Of a stretch of 64,000 nucleotides of DNA, positions 19,901 through 27,190 are shown in pieces. The position numbers and the translations under genes were made by a program. Each line of letters starts with the position of its first letter. The stretch's first letter is position 1. The notes under the pieces were generated by a model. It did not search any database and was not told the DNA's origin. It saw only the letters and a program-made list of their open reading frames with translations. This stretch comes from an uncultured Bacteroidales bacterium. GTDB taxonomy: Bacteria; Bacteroidota; Bacteroidia; Bacteroidales; FEN-979. The stretch spans positions 89 through 64,088 of the forward strand of contig CAIYES010000317.1 of the NCBI GenBank assembly GCA_903925275.1, written 5' to 3'.

Positions 19901-20003
19901 CGGTAGGAGGGAAAGTGGTTCCCTCAAAACCTTCATTCAGGTTTTGTCCGTAAGTGAAACTTATGGTCACCAGGACAAATAAAAACAGTAATAATTTTCT
20001 CAT
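15135..20003 (-). CDS. T9SS-secreted giant surface protein: choice-of-anchor-J/cleaved-adhesin-like N-domain, parallel beta-helix repeats, Fn3-like and PKD/Ig-like modules, type A T9SS C-terminal domain
   Basis: Has a signal peptide. The N-domain reads NEGFEGTTFPPTGWSVINLGDANTWV...HNDYLITPQL. A long region of N/G/T/I-rich ~22-aa repeats follows (ITGNNINTAG, VSNNNIGNI, ISKNMISNIKN), typical of right-handed beta-helices. The C-terminal half is shared with the 11059..14814 product. Confidence 0.85.
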   Translation of the reverse strand: MRKLLLFLFVLVTISFTYGQNLNEGFEGTTFPPTGWSVINLGDANTWVRATANMRTGVACASITYSSTAHNDYLITPQLAPAAGNFTYSFYAQSYLGASYPEQFNVLLSTTGNAAANFTVTLASNVTAPAAYAQFSYNLSAYVGQNVYVAIQAISTNMFYLTIDDVTGPPLTPTLPPTAQPTALILTPAVSSVAGTFTAASPVPNGGYLVVRSTSSTLSSNPVNGTSYVAGAALGGGVVVSSANSTVFTATGLSPSTLYYFFVFSYNTGGAGTAYLTTSPLTNSTTTGAAIPLCGTKTVGATGCDYVNLTAAMTALSSSILTCPVTLLLNATYTSATETWPIIVPVTLGSSATNTLTIKPNVGVTATISGSLTSALFKVYNSNTIIDGSNTVGGTTRNLTITNTSATTPQVFVIGSIGTTPITNCTLKNTIIINGVTTSSAMMVSDGPAPGAAGYFNNITIQNIDLQKAYIGLYCIAVPTAGNGSGLLITGNNINTAGANSIRLCAIYVQGVDGATVSNNNIGNIANTLDAANISGIWFATATINSTISGNTIGPMSGTAGGPRAMAISSGVTGANLTITGNTITNISTTTTYNAIGIYFFSTTAGITISKNMISNIKNTNAGGYMATAMYLASTAAVSANCSVVNNAVWDIAGYGYSSYAWNGLGIIIYSGFGYNLYHNTVYMNTEQSSITGMPSALFIYSSVTAVGAIDLRDNIFSTTQMIGTNRYAIYSLAANTVFSNIDYNDYYSAGPNLGYIGVDRANLAAIQTGFGGNVNSQNINPTFVGVDLHPTNVALRNKGLTIAGVTTDITGAFRTNPPDVGAYQFSPNQTVITAAATNLTTTSATLTGSINASNLIVLSGFEYGLTTGYGTPAAGTTPGTITGNTGTPISVDISGLLVNNTYHYRAIGTSGSLVIYGSDMTFSTAIPPVITTVAAAPVGAIFATLNGSVNPINASTVVSFEYGLSATPYSSTATVAGPFTGNTVQTFNAALSGLTINTTYHFRAKAVNAVGTFYGNDMTFFTTCVVPAAPGAISGPLAVCKTNTGYVYSVAPVPYAFVYNWTFPAGFNITSYPNSNSVTVDVTNAAVSGTVTVRAQSDCGAIGAPASVAVTVNALPLPTVTGTASVCQYASYNYTTQPGMTSYVWTATPDGVVSTTANPNVVSITWATPGAKTVGVIYTNPATGCTATTPGTVAVTVNAAPTPTINGINSMCVNSGYYNYTTLGGQSSYIWTISSGGVINSGQGTAQIEVVWNTPGAQFVTVNYANGNGCFAQNPVTFNVTVAGLPQAAGPISGSSEVCAGSSGVAYSAAAITNAQTYVWSVPAGASIVSGQLTNAITVNFATNASPGNITVYGNSICGNGTISPAFPIVITQIPGAASTITGTASLCEGTTGVAYSVPPVTGATGYNWTLPSGATIASGLNTADITVDFAMGSSSGAISVYGTNLCGNGAASANFNVTVVPKPAAPVITVVGNILSSNYTDGNQWYYNGAAITNGTAQTQFAQYSGLYTDIVTVNGCSSDVSNSIYVAATGIADPQASNIVISPVPNNGLFKASFDYPGEEIFTILVYNQLGEKIYESKDNLVKGLFEKNIDLRPTPNGIYSVVFQSVDKKIVKKIVVNK

Positions 20004-20112
20004 AAAGCTTCAGATTTTAGTTATTAGATGAATATTAATTCCAGTGAAAATATTTTGGTTTTGGGCTGCATAAACCCGGTATAAATAATCTTTGCTAAAA
20101 TAATACATTTTT

Positions 20113-20120
20113 CAAAATTA
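20113..20120 (-). promoter_or_regulatory. candidate -7 box (TAATTTTG on the minus strand) for the 1622-aa gene
   Basis: Matches TAnnTTTG in the AT-rich 236-nt spacer between hldD and the cargo gene. No clean -33 TTTG was seen. Confidence 0.25.
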
Positions 20121-20239
20121 AATTAAAATATTTTTTGCAATTTTCAAGGTCAGATTGTGCACAAAAAAATGCCTGAACCTGATAAATATTTCTTGTCCTG
20201 CAGAATCCCGAAAACCGATGTTGGTCACCATATTACAGA

Positions 20240-21229
20240 TCAGAAGTTGCTGCGGTCGATGAGGTATCCCTGCACATACTCTTCGATACCGGATTCAAGG
20301 CTGTAGAATGGCTTTTCGTAACCAATGGAGCGAAGTTTTGCCATATCAGCCTCGGTGAAATACTGGTATTTGTCACGGATATCGGCGGGGGTATCAATAA
20401 ACTCAATGGAAGGAGTGATGTCAAGGGCTGAAAAGACTGCATGAACCAAATCGAGGAATGAACGTGCTTTCCCCGTGCCGAGATTGTAAATACCGGAATC
20501 AGATGGATGGTTCATAAGAAAATACAAGACGTCGGTCACATCTTTAACATAGATAAAGTCACGAGATTGTTCACCGTCACGGTAAGCAGGATTATGCGAC
20601 CTGAACAACCTGACTACTCCACTCCCTTGCCCGCCCGCACGTCTGTCAGCCTGATTAAACGCATGAAATACCACCGAAGCCATCCTGCCTTTATGATACT
20701 CATTTGGGCCGAAAACATTAAAAAATTTCAATCCGTGCCAGTGCGGAGGGGTCAGTTGTTGAAGCAAGGCCCATTTGTCAAATTCATTTTTAGAAATGCC
20801 ATAAGGATTTAATGGAAGCAATTGGAAACTCAGGGAAGAATTCTGGTCGCTGTACCCTAAGGAACCATCCCCATAAGTGGCAGCGGATGAGGCGTATACC
20901 AACGGAATTTCCAATTCGCAACATGCTTTCCAAATGTCTTTGGAATAGTTTAAATTAAGTTCGTCGAAAATCTCCCGGTTGAATTCTGTGGTATCGGTGC
21001 GGGCGCCCAGGTGAAAGATAAATTCAACATCTTTCTGATGTTTGTAAAGCCATGGGAAAAACACGGTGCGCTCAACCTTTTCCAGGAAACTTTTATGGGC
21101 AATGTTCGGATGTTTTTCTGTTTTTGAAAAATCATCGACCAAAATAATGTCCCTGAACCCTTTGTTGTTGAGCTTACTAACCATGCAACTTCCGATGAAT
21201 CCTGCAGCGCCTGTGACTACGATCATATT
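20240..21229 (-). CDS. hldD: ADP-L-glycero-D-manno-heptose 6-epimerase
   Basis: MIVVTGAAGFIGS...LVYASSAATYG...PLNPYGISK...FFNVFGPNEYHKGRMASVVFH...RDFIYVKDV...GIYNLGTGKARSF...YQYFTEADMAKLRSIGY is colinear with E. coli HldD/RfaD as I remember it. I prefer the ATG at 21229 to the track start at 21268. Confidence 0.85.
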   Translation of the reverse strand, partial: NMIVVTGAAGFIGSCMVSKLNNKGFRDIILVDDFSKTEKHPNIAHKSFLEKVERTVFFPWLYKHQKDVEFIFHLGARTDTTEFNREIFDELNLNYSKDIWKACCELEIPLVYASSAATYGDGSLGYSDQNSSLSFQLLPLNPYGISKNEFDKWALLQQLTPPHWHGLKFFNVFGPNEYHKGRMASVVFHAFNQADRRAGGQGSGVVRLFRSHNPAYRDGEQSRDFIYVKDVTDVLYFLMNHPSDSGIYNLGTGKARSFLDLVHAVFSALDITPSIEFIDTPADIRDKYQYFTEADMAKLRSIGYEKPFYSLESGIEEYVQGYLIDRSNF

Positions 21230-21419
21230 TCCCGTATTTGAATCTTTTTCACAAAAATAAACAAACATAATGGCAAATTACAAAGTTTATAATTTTCTGA
21301 GTACTTTTACATCCCGGTTTAATCTCCGGGAAACCGGTATATTTATATTAAATTCACCAATTAATTGCAAACCCTGTTTTTGATTCAACCAACTCTAACC
21401 AAATTAACAAAAACACATT

Positions 21420-22013
21420 ATGAAAAAATCAAATTTCCTGTTTGGCTTTAACGCTGCGATAATTCTTTTGATTAGCATCATGCTGCTTCCCTGCCTCGTA
21501 AATGCTCAGGCGAAAGGGACTTTCACCGATGTGCGTGATGGCCGTGTGTATGCATGGGTGAAAATCGGAACCCAGACATGGATGGGGGAAAACCTGAAGT
21601 TCGCTGCGCACACCGGCTGTTGGACCTACGACAATGACTCTACAAAAGTAGCGACCAATGGACGGCTTTACACCTGGAAAACCGCACAAACTTCCTGTCC
21701 CAAAGGCTGGCATGTACCTTCTGATAAAGAATGGGGTTCACTGATTCAGACACTGGGCGGCAGTGACCTGGCCGGACAAAAAATGCTTGCCATGGATACC
21801 ATCTATAAGTCTCGTTTTCCGTCCCTGTACAGTGGAGTGCGGCATCCCGACAGCACCTTCACCGGAATTAACCACTGGGGTGGTTTCTGGACATCAGGCA
21901 AAGTCAATGATACAGTTGTGAACAATGTGCTTTTTGCCTATGGCAGAAAGGATTTGGGAACCAGCACCAATGATAAAATGGCCGGTTTTTCGGTCAGATG
22001 TGTCAAGAAATGA
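21420..22013 (+). CDS. Fibrobacter succinogenes major paralogous domain (TIGR02145-type) secreted protein
   Basis: A signal peptide is followed by FTDVRDGRVYAWVKIGTQTWMGENL...GRLYTW..A...CPKGWHVPSDKEW, the hallmark of this domain family. Confidence 0.8.
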   Translation: MKKSNFLFGFNAAIILLISIMLLPCLVNAQAKGTFTDVRDGRVYAWVKIGTQTWMGENLKFAAHTGCWTYDNDSTKVATNGRLYTWKTAQTSCPKGWHVPSDKEWGSLIQTLGGSDLAGQKMLAMDTIYKSRFPSLYSGVRHPDSTFTGINHWGGFWTSGKVNDTVVNNVLFAYGRKDLGTSTNDKMAGFSVRCVKK

Positions 22014-22017
22014 TAAA

Positions 22018-22548
22018 ATGGCTGAAACAATTTTAGGAATTGGTTCCAGGATTAAACATCCGCAATTCGGAAAAGGAGTTGTCATTCAGGTGCGCTCCGA
22101 CGCCTATGAAATTTCGTTCATCGAGCATGGAATACGTAAAATCCTCCGTGAATTTGAAGGGATGGAAACGATAGAGGCCGTTGAAACCCCATCTGAATTA
22201 TTGACCTACGATAAAATAGAAAAGAGTCTCATCCGGGTGCTCCAGCGTTTCAGCGATATTCAGGAATCGGTTCCCCTTGGCGCCAAATGGACAGGTGGGA
22301 AATTGGTGATGTATCCTGGAGAACCAGGGTTGAAGGAGAAAGAGGTTCCCATGGAAACATTCTTCCATAAGATCGTGATGGTTCGTGACCGTTTGCGTGT
22401 TCTGGAACAAAAACTCAATGCAAGCGAACTCACCGATCAGGAAAAAGTGGAAATGCAGCAGTATATCACCAAAGTTTATGGCAGTTTGACAACATTTAAC
22501 GTGCTGTTTAAAAACAAGGATGACCAGTTTGCTGGAGAACGGAGTTGA
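22018..22548 (+). CDS. hypothetical protein with N-terminal Tudor-like G.R..H..FG.G.V motif
   Basis: I place the start at the ATG at 22018 (MAETILGIGSRIKHPQFGKGVVIQV...). The track ORF 21925..22548 would overlap the upstream gene by 89 nt. The motif resembles the UvrD/Rep C-terminal tail and DUF3553. Confidence 0.5.
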   Translation: MAETILGIGSRIKHPQFGKGVVIQVRSDAYEISFIEHGIRKILREFEGMETIEAVETPSELLTYDKIEKSLIRVLQRFSDIQESVPLGAKWTGGKLVMYPGEPGLKEKEVPMETFFHKIVMVRDRLRVLEQKLNASELTDQEKVEMQQYITKVYGSLTTFNVLFKNKDDQFAGERS

Positions 22549-22640
22549 GTGACAAATGAAATGACAAATGACAAATGACGAATGACAAGTAAAGAAACTT
22601 GAGTGACGTCACTTGTCACTTGTCATTTGTCATTTGTCAT
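22549..22640. repeat. inverted repeat built from tandem heptamers: (ATGACAA)n ... AGTGACGTCACT ... (TTGTCAT)n
   Basis: The left arm has units at 22549..22588 (GTGACAA, ATGACAA x3, ATGACGA). A central perfect 12-nt palindrome lies at 22602..22613. The right arm is TTGTCAC plus TTGTCAT x3 at 22613..22640. The structure occupies the whole convergent intergenic gap and contains the stop (22637..22639) of the minus-strand gene. Confidence 0.9.
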
Positions 22641-23941
22641 TCCCAAAACCCAAGCAGTTCCTCCAGGGTTTCCCGCTCTTTCAAAATTTCAAAACGATCT
22701 TCACGGTATCCGATAATTCTGGGGGTTTGGCGGCTGTTGTAACGCGACCACATGCTGAAGGTATATCCGCCGCTGTCGTGGATTACCAGATAGTCACCCT
22801 CTTCAACGGGTGGAAGGCAGACTTCTTTTGCTAACATATCGCCGGAAAAACAAAGAGGGCCGGCCAGGTTCCATAGGTTTACATCCTTTCCCTCTTTAAT
22901 CCTGCCTTCCCGGTCGAAAAGTGTGTATTGATGATGCCAATCCTTTGGGTTCAGACATTCACGCAGAAACAGATCGGCACCCACATGCAGCATGGCGGTG
23001 TTGATCGATTGATCGTGTTTTACATATTCCACACGGCTTACGGTCCAACCGGCGTTGGTACAGGTCCATCGGCCGAATTCGGTTATCAGTTTAAACACTG
23101 TAGTATTAAAGAGTTGAGGAGCACGTCGTCTGATTTTTCCGACATATTCTTCCATGGAAGGGATGGCTGAGATAGTGTTGTAGGCAACAGGGAGTCCTCC
23201 GCCAATGTCGAACACATCGATGGCATGGAGGTTGGCATTCCGGCGCTTTGCATTTACCACCATGGTGAAGTCGTATAACGCGCCGATCCCGTCGACCAGC
23301 ATTTCCATGGGGCAACCCTGTGAACCTACGTGAAGGTGCACACCTGTGAGCCAGGCATGTGTGAGGAAAGCCTGCTCAAGTTGCGCACGCTGGTGCCTGA
23401 GCGGCACGCCGAATTTTGAATATTCTCCTGCCACACTCGATTCCAGGATTGTTCCTAACCCGATCTGCGGATTGATCCTCAACCCTACTGATCCGGTAGA
23501 TGTCACATTCGCTGACCGGCTTTGATAAATCATAGCCACCCGGTTCAGTTCCGAAAGGTTATCGACATTGATGTGTAACCCGGTTTTAAGCGCAAATTCA
23601 AGTTCCTGCATCGTTTTAACCGGCGAATCATAAACAATCTGATCAGGCCGGTAACCGGTTTTCAATGCCATGGTCACTTCGCCGATGGATGCAGCTTCGG
23701 CTCCGATATTTGGAGCAATTCCTTTCATGAACTCCAAAATCCGCACCAATGGATTGGCTTTAATGGCAATTCCGTGAAGTGTGTTTTCAGGGAAACAGGA
23801 TGTGAGGTGTTTGATGCGTGATTCAAGGTACGAGAGATCGTATAAGATCGCAGATGTATCCTCTTCACGGATCATTCCACTTAAAAGTGCCGAACGTAGG
23901 GTATTTCCAATGGATGCAGCACTCAAATTATTTTCAACCAT
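22637..23941 (-). CDS. type III PLP-dependent decarboxylase (Orn/DAP/Arg decarboxylase family)
   Basis: HGIAIKANP (PLP-Lys region), VHLHVGSQ, FDIGGGLPVAY, LAGPLCFSGDMLA and HDSGGYTFSM are present. The substrate cannot be assigned by eye. Confidence 0.7.
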   Translation of the reverse strand: MVENNLSAASIGNTLRSALLSGMIREEDTSAILYDLSYLESRIKHLTSCFPENTLHGIAIKANPLVRILEFMKGIAPNIGAEAASIGEVTMALKTGYRPDQIVYDSPVKTMQELEFALKTGLHINVDNLSELNRVAMIYQSRSANVTSTGSVGLRINPQIGLGTILESSVAGEYSKFGVPLRHQRAQLEQAFLTHAWLTGVHLHVGSQGCPMEMLVDGIGALYDFTMVVNAKRRNANLHAIDVFDIGGGLPVAYNTISAIPSMEEYVGKIRRRAPQLFNTTVFKLITEFGRWTCTNAGWTVSRVEYVKHDQSINTAMLHVGADLFLRECLNPKDWHHQYTLFDREGRIKEGKDVNLWNLAGPLCFSGDMLAKEVCLPPVEEGDYLVIHDSGGYTFSMWSRYNSRQTPRIIGYREDRFEILKERETLEELLGFWE

Positions 23942-23949
23942 TTCTATCT

Positions 23950-24025
23950 GCTATTTCGCTACCTCGCTATTTCGCTACCTCGCTACCTCGCTATTTCGCT
24001 ACCTTGCTACCTCGCTATTTCGCTG
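23950..24025. repeat. octamer tandem array, 9.5 units of GCTATTTC / GCTACCTC
   Basis: Units are contiguous from 23950. The array spans the junction between the mqnD stop (24007..24009, inside unit 8) and the decarboxylase start (23941). Confidence 0.9.
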
Positions 24026-24819
24026 ATCAGCCCCTTCTCCAGTGCAATCTCCTGTAATTTTGCTATGGCCACTTTTCCGCCGGTTCCAAGGCTCAGCGTG
24101 TTGTCATTGACATACAACCGGATGTGTTTTTTCATAACTTCGTCGTCCATTTCCCTGGCATGTTCCCTGACAAAAGGCATAGCCGCTTCAGGATGTTTGA
24201 AGGAATATTCAACGCTGCGGTACATGATGCGGTTTAGTTTGTTTATCAAGTCATATCCTAGATCTTTCCTGACGATGATGCCGCCAAGCGGAATGGCAGA
24301 ACCAGTAAGGTTTTCCCAGTATTTACCCAGATCGAGAATTTCTTTCAGCCCTTTCAACTCGTAAGTAAATCGATTTTCATGGATGATCACGCCTGCGTCA
24401 ACCCCGTTGTTGAGTATGGCATTCTCAATTTCGGAAAAGAGCATGAATTCCTTTTTTCCGATACGGGGTGCCGCAATCCTTAAAAGCATGTGTGCAGTGG
24501 TATATTGACCCGGAACGGCAACCCTGAGATTGGGGATATCTTCTAGGGTATACCCGTTTTTACTGATCAGCAATGGTCCGTTTCCGAATCCCATCGCGCT
24601 TCCCGAGTCGAGGAGGACAAAATTTTGCTGAAGCAGCAGATAGGTGAAAAAACTGACTTTTATCATATCCACACCACCGGAAAGCGCCATTTGGTTAAGG
24701 GTTTCCACATCGTGAAGCTGGAAATTAAAAGATAATCCTTCGAGGTCTATCCGTTTGTGGATGATCGCATCAAAGATAAAGGTGTCGTTGGGGCAGGGGG
24801 AAATGGCAAGCTTTATCAT
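24007..24819 (-). CDS. mqnD: 1,4-dihydroxy-6-naphthoate synthase (futalosine pathway)
   Basis: MIKLAISPCPNDTFIFDAIIHKRIDLEG... carries the SPCPNDTF N-terminal signature of MqnD. The length (270 aa) fits. Confidence 0.75.
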   Translation of the reverse strand: MIKLAISPCPNDTFIFDAIIHKRIDLEGLSFNFQLHDVETLNQMALSGGVDMIKVSFFTYLLLQQNFVLLDSGSAMGFGNGPLLISKNGYTLEDIPNLRVAVPGQYTTAHMLLRIAAPRIGKKEFMLFSEIENAILNNGVDAGVIIHENRFTYELKGLKEILDLGKYWENLTGSAIPLGGIIVRKDLGYDLINKLNRIMYRSVEYSFKHPEAAMPFVREHAREMDDEVMKKHIRLYVNDNTLSLGTGGKVAIAKLQEIALEKGLISEIAR

Positions 24820-24956
24820 GGAAAGTTAAATAAGATGGATCAATGAGTTTTGAAAAGTTTCAAAAGAACCTGAACACAGAAAATACCATGACAAATATAA
24901 GCACAAATTTTCTATCTGTTAATTAATTAACATGAGATTTATCAAGTGACAGGGTG

Positions 24957-25652
24957 TTAAATATCAATTAAAAGATCAAACAGCAACTGGTTCAGGCTTT
25001 TTAAAGCAAGGTCAAGTTTCCAGGTTTTTTTATCCCGCTCCTCTACCAGGTTTGAGATGGCTCGTATCTGGAGGCACTGAATTTTTTCAGTCAGACATAC
25101 GAACAAAAAGGCAGCTCCTTCCATGCTCTCCAGATCTGCCATTGTCAACTGCTGAATCCTTGCAATGCTCTGAACGTTTCCATGTACCGTGTTGGAGGTA
25201 ATCCCTTTTACTTTTGGCAGCTTGTTAATCCGCCCGGGTTTTATCAATGCTGCATCATTCCTGAAATCATTGATCAATACTCCGTGCTGGTAAGGATGAA
25301 CATCGGGGTCAATCAGTCCGAGGTCGAACATCGAAAGAAAATTGTCACCGTCTTCTGCTCCCAGTTCAGCAACGCAATCTTCAACAACATTTACGACCGA
25401 TCCAAGCGGCAACGATCTGTTAAATGTACCGGCAATCCCGGCATTGATGGCAAGGTCGTATTGCTGCAGCGTAAGTTGTTTGCCAAGGAGATATGCTGTT
25501 GGGATCATTCCCACCCCCGTGATAAGTACATCGATGTCGATATTTTTATGCCGGTAATGTGATAGTTGCTCACTCATTTTGTTGAGCAACGGAAGTTTTT
25601 CAACAAACGGCCTGATTTCAAAAAAAGTAGCAGCTACGAGGAGTATCCTCAT
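24957..25652 (-). CDS. mqnB: futalosine hydrolase (PNP/MTAN-fold nucleosidase)
   Basis: MRILLVAATFFEI...VLITGVGMIPTA...AINAGIAG...ESMEGAAF has nucleoside phosphorylase-fold motifs and the size of MqnB. It lies next to mqnD, and its start overlaps the upstream MFS stop by 4 nt. Confidence 0.65.
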   Translation of the reverse strand: MRILLVAATFFEIRPFVEKLPLLNKMSEQLSHYRHKNIDIDVLITGVGMIPTAYLLGKQLTLQQYDLAINAGIAGTFNRSLPLGSVVNVVEDCVAELGAEDGDNFLSMFDLGLIDPDVHPYQHGVLINDFRNDAALIKPGRINKLPKVKGITSNTVHGNVQSIARIQQLTMADLESMEGAAFLFVCLTEKIQCLQIRAISNLVEERDKKTWKLDLALKSLNQLLFDLLIDI

Positions 25653-27082
25653 TCCGGGGGCCTTTTATTGTATTTTGTTCCGTATTCAAGGCCGTGCGCA
25701 TTGGGGCCTTTTTCATTTCGTCTCAGCATGAAGGCAAAGAATAAGCCAAAGAATCCGAGACTGCTGAAAATCCACATACCGAGATGATAACCGCCCGGAT
25801 TGGCCGCGCTGGCCCCCGAATAGTCATTCGCCCATCCCACCATCAGGTTGAAGCCTGCGAGCCCGATATTCTGGATCATCGTCATCAGGCCATAGGCAGT
25901 GCCAAGTTTGGAATGGTCTACGATCAGTGCAACAGAGGGCCACATGATGGCCGGGATCAGTGAAAACGCAATTCCCATGATGACCATCGGGATGGCTATG
26001 TTTGGGAAATAGGTGAACAGTGCACTGATCATTTTTCCGAAATAGACAACTCCGCCAAGAAACCCTGTGCTCTGGTCACCGGCTGTAAAGATACCGACCA
26101 CAGAAGGAGGCAGGGCAACAGACTGTGTGACATAACCCATGATCAGGTAAACCGGAATGATCAGCAACGATCCGAACATCATCAGCAGGGAACGTTTGCC
26201 GATTTTATCAGACAATAAACCAAACATCGGAGTAAGTATCATGGCAGAAAGAGTCAGCAAACTTGACAGAAATCCGCCCATCCCACGTGCAACATCGTCG
26301 GGGAACCCTGCGAGATGCACATCCTTGAAAAATTTTACTGCAAAAGTCTGAAACGGGAACATGGCCGAATAAAAGGTGATGCATAACAGGGTTATGAACC
26401 AGAATGATTTTCCAAATTTGAACAGGTCTTTCAGTACAACCTTATCCTGGTTGCCCTCTTTTTGAAGCGAATATTTTTTTTCGGAGTAAATATCGATCAG
26501 GTAATAAATCGCCAGTGTTCCGACTGCAATGGCGCCAGCCCCGACGGCAATCCACAGGGGCTTCTGCCAGTGTTCGAACAGCGATTTTCCCCAGGTGGGA
26601 GAGTTGAGGGCAAGGAATGAACCCAACCGCGCAATGGTCAGGTTAAGCCCGAATGCAAAAGAAAGCTCTTTGCCCTTGAACCATCTGGCAAGGATCGTTG
26701 TGATGCCAACGATCATCGACTCAGCGCCAAGTCCAAAGATCAGCCGGCCGGTGGCCATCCACACGATGTCTCCCTTTATGGTCGTAAAGAGTGCCCCTAT
26801 GAAGACAAGACAGGCAAAAATCATTACAGCTTTTTTTGTTCCGATTTTGTCGATGATGATGCCACCGATCAGCACCATGAATATGTTCGGGATGCTGTAT
26901 ATCCCTTGAAGCAGGCCAAGATTCTTGTCGGTGAAATGAAGCTGGGCCTTCAGGACGTCGGCCAGCGGACTGATGCAATCGTATATATAATAGTTGCCGA
27001 ACATGGCAAGGCTGATGAATATCAGCACGATCCAGCGAAGCAATGCGGGTGGATCTTTCTTCATGATAAGTGTCTGGGTCAT
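25649..27082 (-). CDS. MFS transporter
   Basis: 477 aa, about 12 TM segments in two halves with a central loop. The MFS-type motif GGIIIDKIGTKK follows TM2. Confidence 0.8.
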   Translation of the reverse strand: MTQTLIMKKDPPALLRWIVLIFISLAMFGNYYIYDCISPLADVLKAQLHFTDKNLGLLQGIYSIPNIFMVLIGGIIIDKIGTKKAVMIFACLVFIGALFTTIKGDIVWMATGRLIFGLGAESMIVGITTILARWFKGKELSFAFGLNLTIARLGSFLALNSPTWGKSLFEHWQKPLWIAVGAGAIAVGTLAIYYLIDIYSEKKYSLQKEGNQDKVVLKDLFKFGKSFWFITLLCITFYSAMFPFQTFAVKFFKDVHLAGFPDDVARGMGGFLSSLLTLSAMILTPMFGLLSDKIGKRSLLMMFGSLLIIPVYLIMGYVTQSVALPPSVVGIFTAGDQSTGFLGGVVYFGKMISALFTYFPNIAIPMVIMGIAFSLIPAIMWPSVALIVDHSKLGTAYGLMTMIQNIGLAGFNLMVGWANDYSGASAANPGGYHLGMWIFSSLGFFGLFFAFMLRRNEKGPNAHGLEYGTKYNKRPPE

Positions 27083-27190
27083 GGAAAATTATTTGGAATG
27101 AAAAAAAAATTAAAACCGGGCATAAAAGTAGCCTTTTTTCCAATATCCGAAAACATTACCTTTGTAATTTCAAAATGTAATTGAGCAAAT

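Noticed and set aside
21925-22017. N-terminal extension of the 207-aa track ORF overlapping the Fib_succ-domain gene.
   Set aside because: The extension lies in an alternative frame of a well-supported CDS. An ATG at 22018, just after that gene's stop, gives a sensible start.
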